Source: Squalus acanthias
Taxonomy: Eukaryota
Length of the DNA: 64,000 nucleotides
Direction of reading: 5' to 3'
Assembly (NCBI GenBank): GCA_030390025.1
Contig: CM059438.1
Location: 87,110,001 to 87,174,000, forward strand
A model generated the notes under the pieces. It saw only the letters and a program-made list of their open reading frames with translations, made no database searches and was not told the DNA's origin. The translations under genes were made by a program, and so were the position numbers. This document shows, in pieces, positions 25,423-37,838 of this stretch (positions are counted from its first letter, which is position 1; the number at the start of each line of letters is the position of its first letter).

Positions 25423-25578
25423 CTAGTTTATCTCCTTTGGCGTTGCACACAGGGAGTCAAGACCAAGTATAGGTTTCGGGTAAAGCAGGGATAAAGACCA
25501 GGGGATGTTTGGACCAGGGCATGCAGACGAAATTCAGTTCCCATTTTAAAATCATACATTCTGTCCTTATTTTTATAT
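25423..25578 (-). mobile_element. Putative non-autonomous Helitron, copy A
   Basis: The minus strand ends ctcc...tgcaacgcc...ggag-ataaa-CTAG|T. Homologous to 30386-30590 and 31295-31445. Confidence 0.5.
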
Positions 25579-25662
25579 TGCCGTTATAAATTCCATGTCT
25601 GCATTTATAATGTGTAATTACACCCTCCTGCCAGTGGTGGTGCTGCAGATTTTAAATATATT

Positions 25663-26410
25663 GGGCCGGATTTTGCGGTCAGCAGTGAACTAACGGCGCC
25701 AACCGTTCATTACATTTACACTTGCCCACAGACTTTCTGTGGGGTTTTGCGCTGGAACTTGCTGTGATTAGAAAGCCATTTCAGCGCAGCGCCCTCTACA
25801 GGGGATCTGGGACCCGTGTGAACAGAGCAAGCAACTGTGTATCTCCTTAACCAATCAGATTGAAGAATTTTTAATAAAGCGCGCAGAATCTGAACCAGGA
25901 AGTGTCAGTTAGAATAGTTAGTTCGAATAGTCAAATCATCTACAGGCCAGGAAGCGAAATAAAGAGAGGGAAAGAAAAATGGGATTAAGAGAGAGAGCAC
26001 AAAGAGACAGAAAGAAAAAGGGGGAAAAAATTATTTACGTTTTTTTAAATCTCCAGCTATAATTAAAATCTGAAGAAATGAGACGCCACACTTGTAAAAG
26101 TAAATTTTTAGTGCCAGAGAGGTTGTTTGGCAGTAATTAAGACTTACCACGCCGTTACAGATCTACTTACACTGGAATGGACAAGCCCTAACTTTTTCTG
26201 TCAGGTTTAGTGTGTATCACACAAGTACAGCAACTTCCCGCCATGCCATGTGTTTCAATGTCGAGTCACTCGGTGAGATACCGACCGGTATAACGAAGCT
26301 TCTGGAGGAGCAGGGCAACTCAGACAGCAACAGTCGCTGGAATTTGCTGTCCAATTTATACCTTAATAACTTAATAGCCTCACTGTTATTTTTACAGCAA
26401 AATCCAAGCC
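25663..26410. mobile_element. Non-autonomous Harbinger-like element
   Basis: Ends gggccggattttgc and (rc) ggcttggattttgc resemble the TIR of the element at 7958-12972. No coding capacity. Confidence 0.65.
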
Positions 26411-27071
26411 ACGATAAATGTGTCTTCTAAATGGGAGTGGGGGGGTCAGTCCTTCTAATCTCCATTCCACCCCCGATGACACATGACTATTTGCTTTAGA
26501 ATAATTTAGATGCACGCTTAAAACAAGCAGCAAATAAGAATTTTCTCCTCCTACAAAAAGTGCAAGTTTATGTCCTGCTTGTATAATCTAATTAAATTTG
26601 GTGTTGCTGATTTGATATCACTAATTCCACTTTCAGCACAGGTTACTAATAAGGCGTTAGGTTTGGTATTCATGACACAGTAGCAGACCATGTTACTACA
26701 GACTCACTAAACTTAGTGTCTGCAATACGCCTGTAGCAGGCCATAATTTAGTCTGTTTTTCCACTTTATGTGAAGTAAGTGCTTCAAAAATTCTTCAATG
26801 ATAAACTTGCTTCATAATTTTCACACGTTACAATTTAGAATATAATTTTAGATCCCTTGGAACTACTGTTTGCAGCTGTGCAACACTTTAAAACAATATT
26901 AAATTCGCACACCTTTATTCTATCTCAAACAGAGCTTGTGGCATAATAACAGTAAACCCTTCCAGGCTCCCTTAAAAGACAGAACATTTGTGCATTAATT
27001 TTCATTTTTCATGTATAATTGCTACCACAATGTGGTTTGATTCCTAATCACATTTTAAAAATGTTTTTCAG

Positions 27072-27255
27072 CATTTCAGTCATTCATTCGAGCATATGCC
27101 ACGTATCCAGCAAGCCTAAAGCAGATCTTCCATGTGAAGACCCTTCACCTTGGACACACTGCCAAGAGCTTTGGACTCAGAGATGCTCCGCAGAACCTGA
27201 GTAGCACAATAATGGCCAATCAGCAGAAGAAGAATTTTAAACCAAGGGTAAAAAG
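27072..27255 (+). CDS. DDX31: DDX31 coding exon (C-terminal extension domain of the Dbp7/Has1-type helicases)
   Basis: Acceptor tttttcAG and donor GTgag. Translates (A)[42 protein letters not shown]..., which carries the characteristic [10 protein letters not shown]...LHLGH.AKSFGLR.AP motif. 184 nt, phase 1 to 2. Confidence 0.95.
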
Positions 27256-27708
27256 GTGAGGGCCTTGACTCTGCATGTATGTCTATATATGTATGTATGT
27301 ATGTATATGTTCTGCATTTTTGCACGTTAAATGTTTCTAGTTACCCATAAGGGCCAGGGCTACAATGTGACTGCAAATATAGTGTTATTTCTGACTCACT
27401 TTCAATGCTACACACAAAAGTAAGGCATTGTTCCAAACAAAATTGTGATTGTTGCATGGTTATTGGGGTCTTTCAGTTTGTATAATCTAGTTTTACATTT
27501 ACCTGTGCAGCATTCAAATGAAATTGTGTTGCCCTATTTGTGAACATTAATTTGAATGTACACTGAAAACCTTAGGTTAGTTTTGTTTGAATTTTATAAT
27601 GTTTACATACTAGTGCAGTTGTAAATTTTGCTTGCCTGGTACTTTCAGATGCAAGGAGCCTGTCTTTGTTCGTTATACTGTATTGTAATGTCACATGCTT
27701 CAGGATCA

Positions 27709-27857
27709 AGGGAATAAATTTCCTCAGGGACTTCTCCCGCTCTGCTATCGTAACTTTGGCAGAAACCCCAGTTACGCGCATATATGGGGTAAATGCCGAA
27801 CTTTCCACCAAAGTTGCACTAGCGGAGCGGGAGAAATCCTGAGAAAATTCTCTGCCA
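27709..27857. mobile_element. Palindromic MITE
   Basis: Inverted arms aatttcctcaggga.ttctcccgctctgcta..gtaactttgg / ccaaagttgcactagcggagcgggagaaatcctgagaaaatt. Confidence 0.75.
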
Positions 27858-28348
27858 CGGTGTTTTGTTAATGGTGACTGAACAGAGTACCAAAAGGCTA
27901 CTCTCCCTTGTCTAGGTGTACATTTGGGGTAGGTCGCTATTGCTACCCTGGGGCTAATTGAAGGGTTTATTGCCATCTTCCCTGTTGAGTCCAGCTACCC
28001 CACACTCTATAGGAGTGAGCGGGGTCTTGTTGTATAGGGATCCAGAATGCTTGGTACTTTTCCAGTCTTAGCTGGAGCACACTCACTCTGACTAACATAT
28101 ATGCCATAGATAGATGCTTTATGCACAGGTTTGTGCTGGGCATAGTGATAGATCTACTAGCTGCTGCAGTAAACACTGTGCTTGTCTGTTGAGATTCTCG
28201 TTCCCTTCAGGAGAAGCCTTACAGATCCATTATGGATTTGTTTTATAATTTGTTTTTACTTTTCAGTAGTAGACACTGAACCAAATATATGTATTATTGC
28301 CTTAGTCTTCCAAAAGGAAAAACCCATAATTCATAAGTGTCAAGAAGC

Positions 28349-28735
28349 GGGTGGCACAGTGGGTTGGCATATTGTTCCTTCACCTCTGGGTTACTTGGGT
28401 TCAAGTTCAGTCTAGACATACATGCTCAAAATCTTCTTCCTCTCAGTTCTCAGAAACCTTGTTCTTACTGGGCATGGCTCCATAGCAAAAAACTGTCCAC
28501 ATTTTGGCACAAGCCAGTACTACGTTGGCATTTACTCAGAGAAACCACAAGGACACAAAGTTCGTACTGGTGCGGTAGGGGGTGTTTCACAGTGGCTCGG
28601 GTTAAAGCACGCCGTTGGAATGGAGTGGATGGAGTTTTACTTTGCATCTGTCCAGATCATTGCTGACGCCATGTGCCCAACATAGAAGTGTTTAATTTCC
28701 CCAGCACTCGCATTCCTCACCTTGAATGACAAACA
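28349..28735 (+). mobile_element. LF-SINE-like element
   Basis: Head gtggcacagtgggtt...ccttcacctctgggttacttgggttcaa, body ttggca..tactcagaga..ccacaagga and gggttaaagcac..ttgg, recalling the LF-SINE consensus. Confidence 0.5.
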
Positions 28736-28776
28736 TCAGCAAAAAATATAATGAGCTCACAAGAGTCACAACTGCA

Positions 28777-28872
28777 AAATAACAACAGAAAACGCTGGAA
28801 AAACTCAGCAGGCCAGGCAGCATCCGTGGAGAGAGAAACAGAGTTAACGTTTCAGGTCGAAGACCTTTCGTC
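28777..28872 (-). mobile_element. Short Penelope pseudo-LTR insertion with hammerhead core
   Basis: Minus strand (CT)GACGA-a-aggtc(ttc)gacct-GAAA-cgtt...gatgctgcctggcctgctgagtttttccagc, flanked by the direct repeat agtcacaactgca (28764-28776, 28873-28885). Confidence 0.85.
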
Positions 28873-29419
28873 AGTCACAACTGCAGTTGTATTCAGGTGT
28901 ACCCTGGAATGAGTACACTATTCTATTCGTTATACCTTTTCTAATGTATTTATGTGGAAAAAAGATGGAAACAATTCTTGTAAATTTTTTCAACCAATTT
29001 ATTTGCAATTGATAAGAACACTGGTGATTGCCACAATTGGACCCTCTCCCGACTCTTTCTCTCCCCATGCTCAAAGTAACATGGCAGTTAGTTTCCAAAG
29101 ATAGACTCGCGCCTGCTACAAACCAAAACTCTTAAACCTCATATTCGGAGTGAATAGGTTAGTGTGCCACGGGATCAATAATGACTCTCTTACCAAGTGA
29201 TTTAGACCTTGAAGATGCCTGTCATACACTCTTAATTGACAGAGAAACACTGCACTGACAGACCATAGTGTGTAGGCTAAAACTATAAACCAAATTCATT
29301 CGAAGACATTTATATAGTAGCAAGATTCAGCAGATAAACAGCAACACCATTTTTAACGTACAGCAATGCTGCACACCGCTTCCTGATACCAAAAATAATG
29401 AAGTATAGCCCATTTCACA

Positions 29420-29810
29420 TTCTCAGCATGTGCCAAAGTGCTTCACAGCCAATGAATTACATTTGAATGTAGTCACTGTTATGTTGGCAATATGTGCACA
29501 GCAATGTCCCACAAACAGCAAATTATATAAATGGCCAGTTAATCTGTGGTGGTGGTGTTGTTTGAAGGATAAATGCTAGCAGGAAACTAGGAGAGATCAC
29601 CTTCTTTCTTCAAGTGGTGCTATGGGCTCTTTTGTGTTCACCCGAATATTTAATATCTTGTGTGAAGGATGGCACCTCCAACAATGCAGCATCCCCCACA
29701 GTACTGCACTGAAATATCATCCTAGATTATATGCTGAGGTCTTGGAGAGGGGTTTGAACTCTCAACCTTCTGACTCTGAGGCGAGAGTGCTATTACTGAG
29801 CCAAGCTCAC
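29420..29810 (-). mobile_element. Degenerate Deu-domain SINE
   Basis: Diverged homology to 6161-6594 (head at ~29810-29750, cagtactgcactg, tail cacagccaatgaa). Confidence 0.75.
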
Positions 29811-30385
29811 ACAAAATAACAAGTATTTCAAAAATTCCTAAGAGTCCTTTTTTTTGTTGTTGAGTATTTTACCCAAATCTTGAGTGAATGTAACATAGAG
29901 TTTTGCCTCACCGCCAAGCTGTGGAAATACAATTGAGTTCAGTGAATTCAAGAACTTAAGAGAGCTAGCAACAAAAATACCTCTCCAAGGAGCATATCAC
30001 ACCTCAGATCAAAGAAGAACTTTCATACTGGGCAAGTACTTCTGAAGAAAGCCCAAGCTGTTTCTGAACAGGCTGGTGATGAATACTAATTATTTCTATC
30101 ACCTGAGGAGGGGTGAGAAGAGAAAAGCACCTTCCTCTCTGTCTGTCTGATCATCTGTTTACTGGCTCAAGCCTGAAACAAAGCCTACTGGAAACTTTGA
30201 CTACCATGACCGCCTCTTTAGTGGCTACGCCAATCACAGACAATTAGCACCTGTCTGTCGCTAGCCAATATCGTGTATTGGATTTACCCACAAGGCCACC
30301 AGTCATATCTCCATTTTAAAATCTGATGTATTTGCCTAGTTAAAATTCATATCGAGAAGGTGTAATATAAAAATATTTTATAACA

Positions 30386-30658
30386 CTAGTTGGTCTCCCA
30401 TGGTGTTGCACATGAGGAGTCAAGATCAAGTGTAGTCTTCAGATGAAGCAGCTCCCATGGTGTTGCACATGAGGAGTCAAGATCAAGTGTAGTCTTCAGA
30501 TGAAGCAGAATGGAGAAGCATAATTGGACCAGGGCACACAGTACACATTTTAAAGTCATACATTCTATCCTTATTTTTTTTATAATACTTTTATACTAGT
30601 TGATTGCACATGGGCTGTTGAGACATAATTCAGTTTCCCATTTTAAAGTCATACATTT
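30386..30658 (-). mobile_element. Putative Helitron copies B and C in tandem, with an exact 57-bp internal duplication (30395-30451 / 30452-30508)
   Basis: 3' hairpin ctcctcatg-tgcaacac-catgggag then accaa-CTAG|T. A second CTAG|T-ended partial copy follows at 30596-30658. Confidence 0.55.
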
Positions 30659-31294
30659 GATCTGTATTTGGGAAGCTGAAAGGTTAAAGTTGGTTGGAGC
30701 ATAGGAATTTCTTTGCAGTACAGACTGTGGAGCTCAGAGGCACACAACTTGGGTGCTACAGCACCACCATTGGTGGGAGGATGTAATTGCAGCATGACAT
30801 CTTTACATGAGCAGTGTCCATTATAACTGGGGACATCGGACTTTGTGATGGAAAAAAGTTGACAGTGTGACAAAAACATGACAACGGGAAGTAAGGATTT
30901 GTGGGTAGGAAATACATACAATGTGAGATTTGTAATATATTTTGGATAGATTTCCTGAAACCATGATGTTGTTATTGGCATTTTGCGCCCAGTAAAGTGT
31001 TCACTGTCTAAAAGCTACCACATTGATGAATGATTTTTCTTTATTATTTTGCCTTGGTTTTTTGTTTTGCTTCTTTCACTTCTGTCTCGCTTTCATGCTC
31101 TTTGGGCTCTAGGCAACAGGTTGAAGTGCGGGGGTGGGGGAGGAGGGAAGGACAGAGGGGTATATGTTCAATTCTACGCAGCTTAAATGCATCAGTTTCA
31201 CCCTGTGCACCAATGTGAATGCTGATTTCTTTGTTTTAGTTGTACATTATACCCTTGGCTGTTCAAAATGTGACGCACTGTTTAATGATCTAAA

Positions 31295-31445
31295 CTAATC
31301 AGTCTTCCATGGCATTGCGCAAAGATAAGGCCAGGTGTAGTCTTTAGTGGTTAGAGGGCAGGGTATAATTTGGCCAAGGTGCGCAGATGTCATTTGGTCC
31401 CCAGTTTAAAGCCATACATTCTGTCCTTATGTTTATATAATACTT
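31295..31445 (-). mobile_element. Putative Helitron copy D (diverged)
   Basis: Shares ccatggcattgc, gtgtagtctt, ccaaggtgcgcaga and tttaaagccatacattctgtccttat with copies A and B. Confidence 0.45.
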
Positions 31446-32417
31446 GCGCTAATAAAGCTAATTAGCAAAAGTTACAGTAGTTTGGGAAGCAAAAAGGTCG
31501 AGCGGATTGAAGAGAGAGTTTCTCTGCAGTACAGGCACATAACCGAAGTGCTATAGCGCCGCCACTGATAGGAAGGTGTAATTACAGTGAGACAAGTTTA
31601 CGTAGGCAGTCTCCATTGTAAATGTGCACGTAGGAATCTGTAATGGAATTGTGCACAGACAAAAGATGTAATATTGATGGTGCAGGATGGAGCTCACATC
31701 TGTCACAGAGGCTATGGGGTTTTCTTCTTTTGTTGCTTTATTGTTGTAATATCTGTTCTAATGCGTTGGTTCTTTTCTAGAACAGTAGTTTACAAACCTT
31801 TGAGTAGGAGGGCCCCCTTGCAAATATGGAAACATTCCCAGGGACTTTCTACTATAACTTATTAAAAGAAAACTGTCAGATACCCACAGGGAAAACAGTA
31901 CTATCATTGCAGAAAACACTTTTTTTCCCCCAAAGAAACACTGAGCCATGATGTGTGGAACGACTGGCCCCAGACGGACCAAAATCTGGCCTAACAAAAC
32001 ATTTGGGATGTCTTCACAACCCCAGTTTGAAAGCCAATATTCTCGATAGACAGTCTGTTCTAGTGGGATAGTTTGTTTTGTCAGGCACTTTGGCTACAGT
32101 CAAAATGTAGAGATTGTGAGTTATTTTTATTTTTTAGATTGTCACTTTTATTTTTATAATTTTATTGTGTATCCGGGAATGTGAAAATTAAAACATGCTT
32201 ATATAATAAAGGCAGGGTTGCTGGGTTACTGAGCCATGTAGACCAGGAAGTGCTGTGGTCTGATCTCAGCCAAGCCAGTAATGGAGTGCTCCTGAGCTAG
32301 GAAAGGGAAAAATAATCTCTTGCTTCCCACTCCTGCTCACTATCCATTGCCCTACTGGAAAGTGTGCACATCCAGGCATCAAGTGATGACCGATCTGGCC
32401 ACAAAGTCAAATAATCC

Positions 32418-32800
32418 ACAACAACAACTTACATTTATATAACTCCTTTAACTTAAAATACTATCCTAAGCCACTTCAGAGGTGTAAAGAAAAAATGGAG
32501 CTGGGTATCATCCGTGTACAAGCTGACCCACGTCCAGGGATGGTGTCGCCAAGGAGCAGCATGCAAATGAGGAACAGGAAAGCCAAGAATGGATCCTTGG
32601 ATGACTCGTGAGGTCACAGTGCAGAGGTGGGAAGAGAAGCCATTGCTGGAGATACTCTGGCTACCAAGCGAAAGCCATCCCACCGAGCTAGACAACCGAG
32701 GAGAGGCGCGGTGTGGTCAATCCTGTCAAAGGTTGAGGAGGGATACTGCATCATGGTCACAGTCCTTTGTGACTTTAGTTAGGGCTATTTTAGAGCTATG
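32418..32800 (-). mobile_element. Deleted, degenerate L2 fragment
   Basis: caacaacaacttacatttatata tail and RT remnants QGSILG and YTDDTQL. Confidence 0.65.
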
Positions 32801-33939
32801 GAAAACATATTCACAATCGAGCCGCCTTAATTAGCTCGCATGATGTGGGCATCGCTGGCAAATCCTTCATGTTCATTTAACTGCACCTTCTAACTGCATG
32901 GTGCAATACAGAAATAAGAGCCTTTAAAAAGCTCAGTAGGGGGAGCACTGTTAGCAAAAAAAATCCAAACCATTATGTAGCCCAATTGCTCCTCTATCCT
33001 GCTAGTCAGAAGGAGTAATGTTAATTAAAAGAGTCTATTTTTAAAAGGTCTGTTTACTGATGATAACTTCCTTTATTATTCTCTGTAATGCCTGTAGTAA
33101 TGTGTCAGATCACAGCTTGTGCTGCGACTAATAGAATAGACAACGATTTAAATTTGACCCCATTCAAAACACTCACTTGTCTCCCTCTGTGTGTCAGGGG
33201 ATTGCTTGGAGGGAACTGGTGCAGTAAACAGCTGTTACCTAGTACAATAAGCAAAAAAGAGGTTTCTGTAAACGGAGCACCTGTTAGATAAGGATGCTCC
33301 TGTCAGCTGGCAAGTTGGGCCTCTTTCTTTTGAATGAAACCTACGTTGTCATTTGGTTCTGTTGGGTTCCCTGGTGAAGAAGACGCACCAGGGTCTCATC
33401 CGACTTTTGTTAAACAGACTAAGTTTGAGTTCTAATTAGCTCTTTTCCTGTATTGCTTAGCTGTTGATAACTGTTGCTTAGAAGTAGACTGATGGAACTG
33501 TCTCTTTAAACCCGCTGTTCACTAATTGGAAGCTTGACTTGTTACATTTTTTTTTCTTCTACCCTTTTCCATTTTGTTCTTAATGTAATTTCTTGGTGTG
33601 GTTCTTACCGCATCACAGGGCTCCATTACGAGCCTAGTGTGGAAATTAGGTTGTTTTAATGATTTTAGCAGCCTGTGCAGGTTTGACCTATTGATTTATA
33701 CTTGTCCACCGGTTAGAAGTTTAAAATGAATTAGTGATCTTCACCTTGGGAAAAATATCAAAATCAGTATGGGAATTGTTTTGATAATTTGTTTTTGCGA
33801 TTTTCCCCACCTCTCCTGAAGGCACTGACTTACTGGGGTTACAGATTCATGGGTGACAACAGCCCTCCAGTACCACGCTCACCTGATCTTTCTTTTGTGT
33901 GTGAGGAAGTCTTTGTTCCTCTGGCTGCGACCTCCTGTG

Positions 33940-34200
33940 CACCTCCACCCCCGCCCCCCTCCTCTCTGTCTCACCATTGCTGGCCAAGCCTTCAGTCGCC
34001 TGGGTTCAACACTCTGAAATTCCTTCCCTAAAGCCGTCTGTCTCTCCACCTCCATCTCCTGCTTTGACATTCCTTAAAGTCCACCTCTTTGAGCAAGCTT
34101 TTGGTTACCCCTCCTAATAGCTCTTCTGCGAAGCGCCTTTTGACATTTCTTTTACATTAAAGGCACTATATAAATGCTAATTGTTGGTGTTTTTTGTTGT
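33940..34200 (+). mobile_element. L2 3' end fragment
   Basis: Homologous to 2880-3141. Confidence 0.8.
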
Positions 34201-34671
34201 TTGTCAAGCCTAGACCATGAGTGTTGACCGGATATTTTAACATAAAGGGCTTCACAACTAGGCCTGATCTTGTCCTTCGCTGATATAGGTTGACATGCAT
34301 TTTCCAGAAGGGGTCACAGGATAAGCAATCCGGATCAGATTTTGCCTCCTTCCGCCCCCTCTACCAGCCCAGAGGTAATGGGGCTAATTGTGGTGTTTCT
34401 TGAATAAGCCATAGGGAGGTGCCAAAGAGAGGTTGGCTGTTTCCCAGCCACTTGTCTAATTTTCAGCCAGGCAAACGTGTGTGGCATTGAAAGACCTAAA
34501 AGAGGAATAGGAAAATAAATTTGATGAGGTATTTTTTAAGTCTCCCATTATGCTAACCATGATTATTTTATGGAATTATATTTAATCCTACCTTGACACA
34601 GTCTGAACTACATTTACTTTCTTTCTATTCCCTTGATTATTATGTTTTGAGCTAATTGTGTTCTCTCATTA

Positions 34672-35290
34672 GTATCAGCCTGGCTCAGTGGTAGCACTGA
34701 CCTCTGAGTCAGAAGATCGTGGGTTCAAACCCCACTCCAGGACATGAGCACATCAATCTAGTCTGACACTTCAGTGCAGTACTGAAGGAGTGCTGCATTG
34801 TCAGAAGATGTGCGGGTTAGGTTGATTTGGCTATGATAAATTGATCCTTCGTGTTAGGGGGATTAAATACGTGGGGTTACGGGGATAGGGTGGGATATGT
34901 GTCGGTGCAGACTCGATGGGCCGAAATGGCCTCTATCTGCACTGTGGGGATTCTGTGAATTCTGTTCTGTTCTGTGAAGTGCCATCTTTTGGATGAGACG
35001 TTAAACCGAGTTCCCATCTGTCTCTTCCATTGGATGTAAAAGATCCCATGGCACTATTCAAAAAAGACCAAAGGAGTTTTCCCAACGTCCTGGTCAACAT
35101 TTATCCCTCAATCAACACCACCAAAAAAACAGAGTAACTGATCATTTATCTTATTGCTGTTTATTGGACCTTGCTATGCGCAAATTGGCTGCTTACCTAT
35201 AAAACAGTGACTCCATTTCAAAAGTAATTCCTTGGTTGTGAAGCACTTTGGGACATCGTGAGGCCATGAAAGGCGCTAAATAAATGCTAT
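34672..35290 (+). mobile_element. Deu-domain SINE interrupted at ~34808-34975 by the 3' half of an HE1/V-SINE-type element
   Basis: Head tcagcctggctcagtggtagc; the Deu core resumes at gtgccatcttttggatgag. The insert has gatgtgcgggttagg...taaattg and a CR1-like tail gatgggccgaaatggcc. Confidence 0.85.
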
Positions 35291-35709
35291 TACCGTAAGT
35301 GTTGCATCTTGCCGTATATTAACATGTCATGACATCCTTTGTTGTTTAGTCTGCACAAATGTGTTAGTAATGATAGCACCCTTGTAAATTCCTTCATGAA
35401 CTTTTTTTTCATGAACATAACTGGTGTGAATTGTTTATAAGATGTGACATAGTCAAGAAACAACTGATTGAGAATCCATTGAAAAGAAATAGAACTTCAG
35501 GGGAAAATTACCAGAAGATGGAATTTACTCTAAACCCAGGGGAATTGTCTTTGAGGCTGAAGAGAACTGATAGAGGGGCTAAAATCCTGAAGGCTGGGCA
35601 GGTACACATTTTGCAGGTCTATGGTGAAAAAAGAACCAGCTTGCAATTTTCATTTTTTTTTTAATGTTCTTATTTAATTCTTTTGTATTTTTTCTATTTC
35701 TCTGTCTTC

Positions 35710-37838
35710 TCATGAAAGTGGTGAAGAAATAACAAGAGGATAGATAAAGGAAGTGCAGTAGGTGTGCTTTGCATGGATTTTCAAAAAGTATTTGGTAAAG
35801 TGCCACATAAGAGACTTGCAACAAAGATGGAATTATGTGGAGTGTGGCCATATCAAAGAGCCGGCACAAGCACAATGGGCCAAATGGCCACCTTCTGTGT
35901 TGTATCATTCTATGAATAGATGGATGTTGGAGGGCAAAAAGCAAAGGATAGGGACAAAGGGAAGTTTCTCAGACTGGAGAGATGTGGTAAATAATGTTTC
36001 ACAGGGGTCTGTGTTGGGCACAGTGTTGCCTGCTATATATATAAATGAACTGGACTTGGGAATTGAGGGAACAATATTGAAATTTACTGATGACGTTTAA
36101 TTGGGGGCTATGGCAAATTATGATAACAACTGTGAGAAACTGAAGAAGACCGCAGATAGTCTAGCAAGATGGGCAGACAGGTGGCAGATGCAGTTTAATG
36201 TAGATAACTGTAAAGTAATACATTTTGTAAGTAAGAATATGGAAAGGAGGTACACCTTAAATGGTAAGATTTTAAATGGATTAATGGAGCAGAGGGACTT
36301 GGCTGTGCAGGTACACAGGTTTTTAAGGTGGCAGTGAAAGTATATGAGGCCATGAAATAAGCAAACAGAATCCTTGGGGGTAAAAATTCAGTTGGTTGCG
36401 CCTCCCGTTAGCGCCTTAAGAGGGCGCTAATGGGGCGCAAAGCCGCTAACGCCCGGGTGCAGCGATGTTTGCGCCGCTCGGGAACTTAACTAGAGATTGT
36501 GCGGCGGCGCTAAAACTTACCGCTGCGACGACCTGCGCGCGCAGATTGTGACGTCATTCCATGGTGCAACGCCCTTGTGGCGCCCCGGAGCGGAAATTGA
36601 GTGGCGCCCCCTGCCTTACCGCCTGGCGCATCCAACGACCAGAAGACTGGAACACTATCAATCGCTGTGGGGCTGGGGGGTCGCTATTTAAAGGGGGCCT
36701 CTTCCTGTCTTTTATTGTTGGTGGCATTTTTGAACTACGCATTCTGAGAGAGAGAGGGAGAGACTTCTGGAGAGATTCAACGTTGTGTGAAGGAGTTTTG
36801 GGTACTGAGCAGCACTTTGCAGGTTCATTTTGATTTGCCATTCCTTGTATCGATTTAGCAGAGACTGTGGGAGCTGCACTCTGAGCTCTTTGCCTATTAC
36901 TCTCCATTGTTCTTTCCAGCACATTTGATGTGCAAGTCTCTCCAGGCCGAGATTCAAGGTTGCAATGAACAGGATGTGGATGGAAAGCAAGATTAACCAT
37001 CCCCTTTAAGAACTGGCCCGTGCCATTGTGTGTGTGTTCCATTGCTGACTGACATTACATGAGCTTCGCCAGCGCTCTGAGGTAGCGCCTCACTCCTTGG
37101 CCTTTGCGCCTTAAGACAGGTGTGCAGCGCCTGATTTAGCGCTCCACTCACCTCCCGGGGCGGTAAAAGTGAAGTTTCCAGTCAGTGCCGATAATTAGCG
37201 CCAGGCGCTAATATTTGCGTCCAGACGATATTTGCGCCCCAAACGGGGCGCGACCTAATTTTTACCCCTTGGTTTTGTATCTGGAGGCATAGAATACAAA
37301 AGCAAAGAAGTAATGTTGAACGTGTACAAGACTTGTTTGGCCACAGTTGGAGTATGTGTATAGTTTTGGATACCCTACTATGGGGATGATATAAAAGCAA
37401 TGGAAAAGAGGCAGAGTATATCCAGTCAGGTATTACCAGGGATAAGAGGTAGTTATGAAGAGAGACTTGAGAATTTAGGGCTTTTTCACTGGAGCTGAGA
37501 AAGTTGTCAAGACTAGAGGGGTTCTGATCAGGTAAATGAGACAGTAAAACAAGATCATAAATTTAAGATGATCAAAAAAGAATTAAAGGGGAGATCAGAG
37601 AAATTTCTTTTCACAAAGGGTGGTGAGAATGTGGAATTCTCTGCCACAAACTGTTGCTGAAGGCAGTGTCCATTAGTACTTTAAAAGGGAAATGACTCCA
37701 TTGTTTAATAAGAAGACTATTAAAGGGAATAAGAACCGAGCAGGAGATTCGGATTAAACTAGATATTTTATATGGAGAAAGACACCAGTGCAGACTTGAT
37801 GGGCCAAATCACTTCTTTCTGTTCTGTAACATTCTGAG
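35710..37838 (+). mobile_element. Degenerate CR1 LINE (RT region to 3' tail), interrupted at 36377-37268
   Basis: Motifs DFQK.F.KVPH.RL, QGSVLG, KFTDD, WADRWQMQFN..CKV.H, EQRDL and a CR1 tail at ~37800. Confidence 0.85.
36377..37268. mobile_element. Non-autonomous PIF/Harbinger-type element
   Basis: TIR ggggtaaaaatt / aatttttacccc and 3-bp TSD TTG. Excision restores the CR1 frame ANRILGFVSGGIEYKS. GC-rich gcgcc subterminal repeats. Confidence 0.85.

Noticed and set aside
25430-25562. Local repeat family read as intronic H/ACA snoRNAs (ends ...catACAttc on +)
   Set aside because: There is no consistent two-hairpin fold or box H, copies show large indels and homology continues past the ACA. 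The opposite-strand hairpin plus CTAG fits a Helitron better, though a snoRNA is not fully excluded.
36497-37042. Several ORFs in a GC-rich island
   Set aside because: They lie inside a TIR/TSD-bounded non-autonomous element and show no protein motifs.
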